Shown here: positions 21,001 to 29,226 of the stretch, piece by piece
Layout: every line of letters begins with the position of its first letter
How positions within the stretch are numbered: position 1 is the first letter of the stretch
From: a virus
Virus record (IMG/VR): IMGVR_UViG_3300030419_007196
Location: 60,865 to 124,864 of that record
Direction: 5' to 3' (one strand)
Length of the DNA: 64,000 bases
The notes under the pieces: generated by a model
Databases searched by the model: none
What the model saw: only the letters and a program-made list of their open reading frames with translations
What the model was told of the DNA's origin: nothing
Position numbers and translations under genes: made by a program

Positions 21001-24000
21001 GATCCCAGTCAAGTCAACGTTGTCTGTGTTTAATTTCTCAGTCTTTGGAACATGTTTCCCTTCGTTTCCGGGTGGCCCCTCTGTGTTTTTATAATCATTA
21101 TCAAAACTTTGTAACAACAACTCGTAGTGTCTTTTTACTTTGTGCCGATCTAGCACATGATCCTCTACTACAGTCCTAATTTTTTCCGACGTTGCGGCTG
21201 AAGCTGGTACTAGATTTGGAATTACAGAGTCTAAAGCACTATCCAAAAATTTATAAAGATTAACAAATTTGTCCAAATCTTCGACTTTATTAACTCTTGA
21301 AAAATAAAAATGCTTAAAGTGTTCAAGCTGCTTATAGTTGTCTCTGTACGAGTGAACTACTTCACCATACATGTTGTTAAAAGATATGACATCGGCAAAA
21401 AAGTTTAATATGTCTCTTGACAAGACTTCATTCTGGCTAGCTTCAAACGCAAAGAAGTATTTAACAGGCTTCTTGTTCATTTGATGTGCATCGAAATCAT
21501 TATTTAATAGCCTAATCATATTTTTGCCATATAATGAATCTGGCCTATGAATAATTGATCCCTGCATAAAATCTAATTTTGTAAAATCCCCAGATGTGGA
21601 GCCGCTAGCCCATCTAGCAGTAAAATCTCTGCTGTTGTGTTTGCCGAAGCCGCTCATCGGGTATTGTTCGACTAGTTTTAAGGACCCGCTAGCACTATCC
21701 AAAATTTCATCACTAGACGAAACAATAGTATCAAATTCCCAATTTAACGCAAGAGTATCTGCCTTCAATATAAAACTTGCAGATGCCTCAGCCGATTCAT
21801 AAGTGAAAGCTCTTTCCTGTGGGTTTGAAAGACCATAGTTTTTTGGATTTCTGGAATGTTTTGTTATCTCATCATTTGTTAGAAAAGAATTCCAAACCAT
21901 AAATCTAGAAAATTTAACGTCACTCCTGTTAAGCAAAGCACCAGTAATGTTAGTTCGGTGGGCACCCAAGAAAAACCTCTTATTAGAGCCAGTTAAAAAC
22001 TGACTAGCTGAAACATGAGAGATGGATGCGCTGGTTTCAAATTGTGCTAATTTTTCACCTAAGTGTGTCTTTACACCATAAAAATTTAATGTAAAAGTTG
22101 TCGAATCCTTCACATAGCTAGAGAATGGATATTCTTGAGGATAAAGCCTGACTGCCAATTGCCATGGAATGCCATCATATACTAACTTATCTTCATCAGC
22201 AAAGAAGCTAGAGGTCAACATCGGTATAAACCCAGTTGATGATGTTAGTACAAACTGTGCGTGGCCAGAACTGTTCCTTCTGGTTTGCACCTGAAAGTCA
22301 ATATCACCATGGTCGGTGGTGGTGGGTATATGTGTTTGATTGTGAAAAATACTGGCGCTGTGCACACCAAACAAACTAGCTGTAGTCAGATCCTGCAGGC
22401 CCTGTAGTGATGCAATATCTGGCTTTTTTGGGAAAAGTATTTGAGCCTCTATGGTCATCGGTATATTTTCATTTGAAGAAGAAGGGAAATAACCATATGA
22501 ATCCATTTGCTCATCAGAGCCTGAATGGTATTGGAAAATAACACCTTCTCTATCATCAGAATCCTCAAACCCTGAAAAGTCAACTAGCCTCTTTTTTACT
22601 ATTGAATCATAAACTTTATCATCTATTTGGTATTCAACACCATCCGCATAAAGATTAATCTTAAATAATTCATCATCTGTTCCGTAACACCTAAACAGGT
22701 TTCTAAATGCCTTTTCAGTTCCTTTTGATTTTAATATCGATGTTAGGTTTGCGTATATATTCTTGTAAACTTTGTTTTTAAGATTGTATAATTTGTCTTC
22801 AAAAGTTCTTTTTTCATCCTGATCAAAAATAGTTGCCAAAACATCCGGGTCGACAAACATCTCAGGAACATTAAAGCCTGACGCTTGTAATAATCTAGCC
22901 GCATAATCAGTAGTTTTGTTACTTGATGAAATATATTGAGCTTCTTTAAAGTTCTTAACATGCTCAATTTGCGCGTGCATGGTATCAAAATAGGAGCCAA
23001 CAACTTGAAACAACTTCTTTATTTCTTGGCCTTTGAAGTTGTCCAAATCCCTCATCCATTGTGGTATGTTGCTGTAAAGCGCCGTACCATTAGAGACATC
23101 ATAATTGCTTCCAGATGTCAAAAGTGGAGTGAGTGTGTTGTTATAATTTGGGTTATCTTCGAACAACAGCGGGTCTTTTGTTTCTGATTGGGCATAGCCC
23201 CCGGCGACCATAGCCGATTCTTCGCTTCTCATGGATAAAGTCGAATCATACCCAATGAATGTTCCGTTGTTTATTCTTCCAGAATAGTCTACAATTAAGT
23301 TGTCGCCAATTGATGTAGAGGACGTGACCTCGTTACCATCAACATATAGGCCAGATCCAGAAACAGAACTAACGCCCTCATTAAATTTAAAATAAACGCC
23401 TAAATCAACTTTGTTAAAATGGGCACTAGAAGTATAAAAATATTTTGATGTGTCTGTGTTCGTGCCACCATCAACACCTCTAAACCAATTTAAGCCGACT
23501 TGCTTCCCGGTTCTTGCCGTCTTCCAAATTCTAAAATCGTCAAAAGACGCAGATATCGGCTTGCCAAAGCCGGCTTCAGACTCAATCGCAGATGTATCTG
23601 GAGCGGCGGCGCTATGTTTGCCGCCAACACCACCGATGGTTCCCACAACGGAGCCAGTTATCGTATAAATTGGAGAGCCTACACCATGAACATACTCTTT
23701 TGTGTTAGCCATTTTACCGTTAACATAAGCTATGGATTGAATGCTATCCGACTCTTGCTTTTTGAACGTAAACGCAAGGTGCCTCCATGTGTTATCAGCC
23801 ACGGTTGTGACAACACTACTTAAATCAAAAGAGCCTGTATTTAGAGTCTGCCAAGACGAACCATCATAAAATTCTTGATGAAAAGAAACTGCCGATGCTT
23901 CGCTGCCACTCAAGAACAAAGTAAATCTTTGTGTGTCTGTTTCGTTTCTTAAATTAAGTAACGCCTCGTACTCTGTTTGAGTAACCTTATTTGGTGAGCC

Positions 24001-24540
24001 ATTCTTCTTAAGCCAGAATTCAACTGTAAGTCCGTCATTTAGATTAACGTGTAAATTGTTTTCTTGTCCGACATCAGAATCTATGACGTTATCTTGATGT
24101 GGGCCACCATAAAATCTAACATACTGTGGCTTTGTCGTTGTGCCAAAGCCAGATGGTAACTCCTCACCATAAGTGCTTCCAAGTCCAAGAGTGATGTGAC
24201 CGTTGTATTTCGGATATTTTTCATCATAAACATATCTTTCAAACGGAGTTAAATTGTTGTAAAACGATAATTTTTCAGCAGCAGAGCCATCATATGGGTA
24301 TTGAGTGCGAATTCTTTTAAATGCATTATTGTAATACTCATGCGCCAAACCATACCTAACATAGTTTGATAATTTAGAATAATCTATATCTGGTAGTAGA
24401 TAATTTTTCTCCTCAAAATATTCTTCAGCGTGAAAAGGAGATTCAATATCTGCCAAAGACGCTGTTAAGTTTCCTTTTACTGCGCCTTTTTTATTGGCTG
24501 GCAAGCCTGTCTGATTTTTAAAAAAACTTTTTGTACCCAT
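18094..24540 (-). CDS. Very large virion/baseplate protein with LamG (concanavalin A-like) domains
   Basis: LTVEFWLK, WRHLAFT, YVNGK, FDDFRIWKTART, YFKFNEG...DYSG LamG motifs; second LamG-like block; KSKGTEKA baseplate-type motif. Confidence 0.75.
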   Translation of the reverse strand: MGTKSFFKNQTGLPANKKGAVKGNLTASLADIESPFHAEEYFEEKNYLLPDIDYSKLSNYVRYGLAHEYYNNAFKRIRTQYPYDGSAAEKLSFYNNLTPFERYVYDEKYPKYNGHITLGLGSTYGEELPSGFGTTTKPQYVRFYGGPHQDNVIDSDVGQENNLHVNLNDGLTVEFWLKKNGSPNKVTQTEYEALLNLRNETDTQRFTLFLSGSEASAVSFHQEFYDGSSWQTLNTGSFDLSSVVTTVADNTWRHLAFTFKKQESDSIQSIAYVNGKMANTKEYVHGVGSPIYTITGSVVGTIGGVGGKHSAAAPDTSAIESEAGFGKPISASFDDFRIWKTARTGKQVGLNWFRGVDGGTNTDTSKYFYTSSAHFNKVDLGVYFKFNEGVSSVSGSGLYVDGNEVTSSTSIGDNLIVDYSGRINNGTFIGYDSTLSMRSEESAMVAGGYAQSETKDPLLFEDNPNYNNTLTPLLTSGSNYDVSNGTALYSNIPQWMRDLDNFKGQEIKKLFQVVGSYFDTMHAQIEHVKNFKEAQYISSSNKTTDYAARLLQASGFNVPEMFVDPDVLATIFDQDEKRTFEDKLYNLKNKVYKNIYANLTSILKSKGTEKAFRNLFRCYGTDDELFKINLYADGVEYQIDDKVYDSIVKKRLVDFSGFEDSDDREGVIFQYHSGSDEQMDSYGYFPSSSNENIPMTIEAQILFPKKPDIASLQGLQDLTTASLFGVHSASIFHNQTHIPTTTDHGDIDFQVQTRRNSSGHAQFVLTSSTGFIPMLTSSFFADEDKLVYDGIPWQLAVRLYPQEYPFSSYVKDSTTFTLNFYGVKTHLGEKLAQFETSASISHVSASQFLTGSNKRFFLGAHRTNITGALLNRSDVKFSRFMVWNSFLTNDEITKHSRNPKNYGLSNPQERAFTYESAEASASFILKADTLALNWEFDTIVSSSDEILDSASGSLKLVEQYPMSGFGKHNSRDFTARWASGSTSGDFTKLDFMQGSIIHRPDSLYGKNMIRLLNNDFDAHQMNKKPVKYFFAFEASQNEVLSRDILNFFADVISFNNMYGEVVHSYRDNYKQLEHFKHFYFSRVNKVEDLDKFVNLYKFLDSALDSVIPNLVPASAATSEKIRTVVEDHVLDRHKVKRHYELLLQSFDNDYKNTEGPPGNEGKHVPKTEKLNTDNVDLTGITLTNVNNRPDLTIGATQDDSEFTVSTDYPKAAIKSATTLTTKGDPTLSYKGGGNYVDEEGFDEANRSLERSKEVTRLPNSDGNFVKRYVYMKDRAEKDRNGSPIIVGTKDVDTLRTQLDIIIKTRNAMAASTPYAVRGQARAIKGETLSTNTSNSDDIFLQTRRFQDTSADGILVTIQSSSAPLIEDHADTALYGKRFHRALASVGDSSSEAYGEYTADTLLGPMGIQILSSSNRPFNSGIGFEVYQQKPSVVSSVGIKTLDSQLLKDEADRKEKYSVNIMVGSAGANPDIRIQSPQIKSDNAGSFKVNSSIPTNLVHEVKRSYITKYKSGFNWDGTSGEIFGITPSDRDISTLAVSGNIFSYSAAKTVMVEEISGLAAYDRKAISRVENTSSTSEIRAVDRAIFRDRYDLENEQASPQQNLNYKNLNIKRALRKAYSTPLANDGHSYRSIGQGAGTAIYSGNPNPHLRLEVADRRRTTDELQSYVVEYDSAYITRNSQNNYDQRWFRATNIIRLGDYNNAPYVNSHFSSIATDILDYAPLTASYYDEEASITIPNSEEVVTATPFGSQRIDFHGTNIVVGRDVTVGASGYEIDGMTSGSATNPNITAGIAEGKKLHMYFLNSSGPYKHSLGAARLRHVQPVLKNSTYRNSIPVEISETREDEGTVRIETAPIFSKGLLNTAIVKNLSDDTLHATNYEISYPRLSEYFTSGSTNFRALPNEYKTKILDISSNHRYICIFDENVRERSNFELKYFDFGEYIYPRRQKILQTLTQYDREVGFDQRTAVRKIALVNNSLGQPYEGISGEYLNCLFSSWPVETFEIEKNFGVTITTHDGELMAINHNEAFKHFANISTGPFEIATFAQLSLGYKINFANRPDSVSPDFVNDRKPFRYFDETVTINAIDNPSKGAIVEYRRENTVDNYLKGEDVESSFTLFGHPSSGKSLLGEACYTEEIFELKDIHRQIDKF

Positions 24541-24546
24541 TACTAG

Positions 24547-24555
24547 TAACTATTT
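24547..24555 (-). promoter_or_regulatory. Candidate late promoter variant TAGTTA, 6 nt before ATG
   Basis: Minus strand AAATAGTTACTAGTA-ATG; no SD. Confidence 0.3.
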
Positions 24556-25987
24556 AACTATTAGATTCTTCAACTCTAAACCTGAATGTATTTTTAATAA
24601 GCTTTTTATTTCCGTTCTCTTCTGCTAGAAAGCTTATTATATACGAATATCCACTCTCCAATAATTTCATATCTAGATCAAAATAATTTCCAGACACATC
24701 ATAACTGGTAGCTGTATATTTAATAGAGCCAGTTCCATAATCTATAACAGTTAAATCATCAGCCTCCCTAGTTATTTTGTAGTAAAGATCGTCGATTGGC
24801 GTGGTCTCAATATCGCTTGAAGCAACACTATAAATGTTCGGATTCCAATTTTTGTTTCTAGCGTAAACGCGGAACCTTGTCTCTTCATCTCTATCATAAG
24901 ATTTTTTAAGATTTGTGATATTGATAATATAAGAATCTGAAGGGTTCATAATCCCCGCTACATGAGTTTCTGGGTCAATTGAACCTGTGCGGAATTGTGT
25001 TGCTCTGGCAAGGTCGCCTGACACATAACTGCCCGTGCTCCAAACATCATAAACGACAGAGGCTGTTGTATTTAAATGAACCGAGGCTGAATATATACCA
25101 GTCTCCACCTTACTTGCTGTATAAGAAGTTGGCGCCGTGTCGGTTAAAGAATCTCTATAGAGCGAGACAATTAGCTTATCGCCGGTTAAATTTGGTATGT
25201 CAGTATATGCGCCCTTATGAACGTTATACAAATACAGTTTATTCAAATTGGCTGCAGCGGGCAACAAAGAACTGGATACTGTAAAGTTTCCTCTATTGTC
25301 CTTTTTAGAACTGTCCCATCTTGCTTCAAGCACCGGACGTTTAAAGAAAAACTCACTAGTTCTGCCAAAAAATTTCTTGGTGTAGTAGGATTTTGTATTT
25401 TCCCCTTGGCTAGATGTTATAAACACTCCAAAACCATAGTTGCCAGTATTCTCGTTAATCCATTCCTCGACCTGACGTGTAACCTTGATCTCGATGTTTT
25501 CTAGGCCAGTAGAAAGTGTCTGAGAATAAAAATTGGCCAGCGAGCCGGTTGCAAAATCGCCGCCAGATCCAGACCATTCATTACCAGCACTACGAAAGAT
25601 CCAATTTGATGCGTCATCCTCAGTATACTCATCCATATCTAATCCAACACCCTCATCCCAAGAAGATGTGATTGGGGCGACAACTACCGTAAGATCACTA
25701 GGAACTGTATGTTGGTGAGGGCAGTTAAACATTCGTAAATAAAAATCAACACTACCAGAGGCCGGAATGTCGCCCTCAGATCGTGATGATGAAATACCAC
25801 TTGTATCAAACTGTATTAAAATTCTTGCTAATTCATTTGAAGAAGTGTAAGCTTGCCCATATATGCTAAAAATCTCCAAAATATCTGAAGCACCCATGTT
25901 AGAGCCAGTTGCTCTTGTTGTAAGATTTGGCTTATAGGCGTTTGTTATTGTATTGTCTTTGGTGGCATAAAACCTCTTAATGCTCAT
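24554..25987 (-). CDS. Putative virion protein (DNRLRE/CBM96-like N-terminal beta domain)
   Basis: ATKDNTI...RILIQFD...WDEG...WI...NYGF...RPVLE pattern; directly follows gp6. Confidence 0.6.
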   Translation of the reverse strand: MSIKRFYATKDNTITNAYKPNLTTRATGSNMGASDILEIFSIYGQAYTSSNELARILIQFDTSGISSSRSEGDIPASGSVDFYLRMFNCPHQHTVPSDLTVVVAPITSSWDEGVGLDMDEYTEDDASNWIFRSAGNEWSGSGGDFATGSLANFYSQTLSTGLENIEIKVTRQVEEWINENTGNYGFGVFITSSQGENTKSYYTKKFFGRTSEFFFKRPVLEARWDSSKKDNRGNFTVSSSLLPAAANLNKLYLYNVHKGAYTDIPNLTGDKLIVSLYRDSLTDTAPTSYTASKVETGIYSASVHLNTTASVVYDVWSTGSYVSGDLARATQFRTGSIDPETHVAGIMNPSDSYIINITNLKKSYDRDEETRFRVYARNKNWNPNIYSVASSDIETTPIDDLYYKITREADDLTVIDYGTGSIKYTATSYDVSGNYFDLDMKLLESGYSYIISFLAEENGNKKLIKNTFRFRVEESNS

Positions 25988-27783
25988 TAAATTACTACCC
26001 CCACAATATCTACATCCGGATATCTAAGTTCCAACACCGTGTTCTCTGGTACAAAAACAAATCGACCGTCAGCGCTTATGTTTGACTCAATATCATATGA
26101 AGTGTCGCTATAAGCGGTGCCAAACTTGTTAACAATTTTCACAGTTTTTGTATCGACAACCTCAGTTATATCGTTTAAAAGTTTATAAATCTCAGAAATA
26201 TAAAATGGTGTACCCATTAAAAGTTTATTCTCAAAGCGTTTTTTAATAGCTAGAATAGCCTTGTTTAGAACATCAGTAGTATTTGCCTCTGTTTTTGAAA
26301 TTAAACTAAACTCTATGCCAATATTCACCACCTTGCCGTCTATGATATCTATGGTATCATTCATAACTCTGTAGTGGTTTAACCAAGTCTTTAAATTTTC
26401 TTTTACAGTCGAAGGAGTTGATACTAAAAATCCATTTTTATCCTCAGATACGGCAAATATATTTAGATTTCTTTTAAAAGAATCATTATCCCTAACAACA
26501 TTTGCTCTTTTTACGGCACCAAATTTTGATGGCATTCTATAGATTAAAGAAATATAATCGTCTTTGGTTACCGCTCTATTTTGACTTGCAAACGCAGCGA
26601 GTCCTCTAACTCTCAATTCTTCCGCTAGAACAGGCTTGACCTGACCCGTAATTTGTTCCTCGTTCTCCACCTCTAAGGTTGATACCACCTTGTCTTTAAT
26701 GTTTGCGGATACATCGGAATTCTTATAAGCTATAATGGGGCTTGAAACCTTTGAAACAGACCCAACTGGGACATTTACATTATCGGCGGTATTTTTTCTG
26801 TATTTAATCGTTATATCGCCAACGGGTGGTAAAACACCCAGCTTGTCCGAATCTAAAATTTTATTTGGATCAAATGTGTCGTCTGTATAATATTCCTTTG
26901 CTTTCTTTTCTATTATGACGCTAGCTGGGTCTGGAAACTCGTTATTGCTTATCGATGTCTCTGACCCTGAGCCAAACTTAATCTTGGTCCCACCATCGAA
27001 AGTGTGTTCTACAACAAACCTCCTAGCAGCTAATTTGGGCTTAATAATGTAGGGAGCTTCCTCCACACTATTCTGATCGAAGTTTCTTAATGTTTCAAAA
27101 ACTATATTTTGTGATAAATATTGAACTTCAAAATATTCGTTGCCGTCTTTATCTATAACTGAAATGATCTCTGTCACATTCGTATCGTCAATTTCAATTT
27201 CTAAAAATTTAGAAAGAGATGTTATTGTTGATGTTTGGGTTTCGATAAGCCCAGAGACAACATCTCCATAAGCCTTATATGCGTATGTTACTGGCTTTTT
27301 GCCGTCATCTTCGCCAACGACTATCTGAGTATCTTCTCTTGAAAAATCAACATCCTCGACCAGAGTAAAGGCTGCGCCACCGTCTGAAGTTACAATAGTG
27401 TTCTTCTTCAGCATGGGTAAATTAGATGCGATAGGCTGTGAGCCGGCCTCGTCTGATTGTGCTGGCACTTCGACATAAAAAGCACACTTGCCGGTCGAAG
27501 TTGAGGCACCGGGATACTTATAGCCAAGTTGCTTGGCCAGTTTGGCAATATTTTCTGCTTCGATGGCGCTATCGATCAACATTTCGTTTGTTTGGTAGTC
27601 CACATAAAAAGAAAGCATGTCTCCAACATATGATACCATGTCAAATACCATAGCACCAAAACTTGACTGATTAAAATCTTGATATGTTTCCGGGTAATAT
27701 ACCTTTGCATAGTTAACAAGATCTTGCTTAATAGATTCAAAATCTCTACTGGTTAAATTTATCGGTGGTCGTTTATTAGTCAT
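25987..27783 (-). CDS. gp6: Baseplate wedge subunit (T4 gp6 / baseplate J-like)
   Basis: TSRDFESIKQDL, SYVGDMLSFYVD, LAKQLGYK, IKFGSG, FASQNRAVTKDDY. Confidence 0.9.
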   Translation of the reverse strand: MTNKRPPINLTSRDFESIKQDLVNYAKVYYPETYQDFNQSSFGAMVFDMVSYVGDMLSFYVDYQTNEMLIDSAIEAENIAKLAKQLGYKYPGASTSTGKCAFYVEVPAQSDEAGSQPIASNLPMLKKNTIVTSDGGAAFTLVEDVDFSREDTQIVVGEDDGKKPVTYAYKAYGDVVSGLIETQTSTITSLSKFLEIEIDDTNVTEIISVIDKDGNEYFEVQYLSQNIVFETLRNFDQNSVEEAPYIIKPKLAARRFVVEHTFDGGTKIKFGSGSETSISNNEFPDPASVIIEKKAKEYYTDDTFDPNKILDSDKLGVLPPVGDITIKYRKNTADNVNVPVGSVSKVSSPIIAYKNSDVSANIKDKVVSTLEVENEEQITGQVKPVLAEELRVRGLAAFASQNRAVTKDDYISLIYRMPSKFGAVKRANVVRDNDSFKRNLNIFAVSEDKNGFLVSTPSTVKENLKTWLNHYRVMNDTIDIIDGKVVNIGIEFSLISKTEANTTDVLNKAILAIKKRFENKLLMGTPFYISEIYKLLNDITEVVDTKTVKIVNKFGTAYSDTSYDIESNISADGRFVFVPENTVLELRYPDVDIVGVVI

Positions 27784-27784
27784 T

Positions 27785-28195
27785 TTATAAGCTCGCTAAT
27801 GTATTGTCTATATTTAGGTCCACTAAATCGTTGATCCCCAAAGCTGGTATAAAGTATTCGACTCTAACATATAATTGATTTTTTGCCTCATCAAACGCAC
27901 AATCAGCAGAAATTATACTTACTGCAGGTAAATACTTTGCTGCTTGACTATAGATCCTTTCTGATATTTCCTCTTTTGTTTGCGTCGTAAAATTTTCGAA
28001 CAAATATCTGCTTAGTCCAACGCCAAAATCCGAGTTCATGACTCTCTCGCCGGGATTAGTAAGCATTAAATTTTTAAAATTTTGTTTTATTTCTTCTGTT
28101 GGGTCTACAATTAAAGCATAAGGGCCGTTGACTTTATCATAAGCCAGCGGTAATCTTGGTCCAATACCTATATAATCTTGTTTTATAATAGCCAT
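27785..28195 (-). CDS. gp25: Baseplate wedge subunit gp25 / GpW-like
   Basis: IKQNFKNLMLTNPGERVMNSDFGVGLSRYLFE signature. Confidence 0.92.
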   Translation of the reverse strand: MAIIKQDYIGIGPRLPLAYDKVNGPYALIVDPTEEIKQNFKNLMLTNPGERVMNSDFGVGLSRYLFENFTTQTKEEISERIYSQAAKYLPAVSIISADCAFDEAKNQLYVRVEYFIPALGINDLVDLNIDNTLASL

Positions 28196-28196
28196 A

Positions 28197-28766
28197 TTAT
28201 AGTAAATAGCTCTTAATTGTTTCTGCTAGTATTATATCGCAAAGATTTTTAAAAGCATCCGTTTTTGTTGATAGTGACGGCATCGTCTGTGCCTGTGTTA
28301 CTTGGTCTCCGCTTAGGCCCAAGAAAATAGTAGCAAATCCCCCATATTTTGCCTGAGCATAATTGTCTATCACCTTTATATCTTTAAGGCTTATATCTTT
28401 AGTAAAGACTGGGCCGTTGACTATCTTTAAACTTTCATCAATCGCGATGACGCCGATAAATTCTCCGCTGACGCCGCCTTTTAACACGGCGGTTGCTGAA
28501 TTTGGTAGATTTTTCAAGTCAAACTGCCCACTTAAATCCCAAATTCCATACAATTTTGCACTAGAATTGTTGTATTTGTAAAATGTTGCACCCTCTAGAC
28601 CCGGGGCTTTGCCATCAATTTTCCAAGATAGTGGCCCGCTAACTTCGCCCTTTGGCTGTTTTTCTGTTTTAACCCACGATATTTTATTTAAAAAAGATAA
28701 GTCAACCGAATTGTTAATCTGTTGGTCCGCTACACTACCATTTAAAATATATGTCTTTATAGCCAT
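28197..28766 (-). CDS. Hypothetical protein
   Basis: 189-aa ORF, coupled to neighbours. Confidence 0.6.
   Translation of the reverse strand: MAIKTYILNGSVADQQINNSVDLSFLNKISWVKTEKQPKGEVSGPLSWKIDGKAPGLEGATFYKYNNSSAKLYGIWDLSGQFDLKNLPNSATAVLKGGVSGEFIGVIAIDESLKIVNGPVFTKDISLKDIKVIDNYAQAKYGGFATIFLGLSGDQVTQAQTMPSLSTKTDAFKNLCDIILAETIKSYLL
28202..28210 (-). promoter_or_regulatory. Candidate late promoter GCTATTTAC, 7 nt before the gp25 ATG
   Basis: Minus strand GCTATTTACTATAAT-ATG; no SD. Confidence 0.4.
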
Positions 28767-29215
28767 TATAGACCCCTCTCAATTAGTTCGGCCATAGCTT
28801 CTACAAAAATTTGTTGCAGGTAATAGTCGCCAATTTCGCTGGTACTATAACCCAAAGATACACCGCCAATAGAATAGGAGGCGCCCTTTTTTGCCTCCGC
28901 TATGGACTTAAGTTCGCTGTCTATTTTTCTAGCTATGAACTTATCGTCCTTAATTGTTTTAGATAGGAATGCGCCAAGTCTGTAGAGTTTTCTAAAATTA
29001 ACATCAATTTCTTTGACAAACTCTTCGTACCAGTTAGTATTCTTCAAATATGCGACTGCCCTTGCTTCATAGTTGGATTGTGGTCCGGGCGCTTTAGCAA
29101 TATTATTTAAGATATTTGGAAAATCACCCAGCACTTTATCAACAATAAAAATTTTTGCCCTCTCGTGGCAAACAGAACCTAAAACAAATTTTACATATTC
29201 AGCTTTACCTAACAT
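28766..29215 (-). CDS. Hypothetical protein
   Basis: 149-aa ORF with SD AAGGA. Confidence 0.6.
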   Translation of the reverse strand: MLGKAEYVKFVLGSVCHERAKIFIVDKVLGDFPNILNNIAKAPGPQSNYEARAVAYLKNTNWYEEFVKEIDVNFRKLYRLGAFLSKTIKDDKFIARKIDSELKSIAEAKKGASYSIGGVSLGYSTSEIGDYYLQQIFVEAMAELIERGL

Positions 29216-29226
29216 TCTCTAATCCT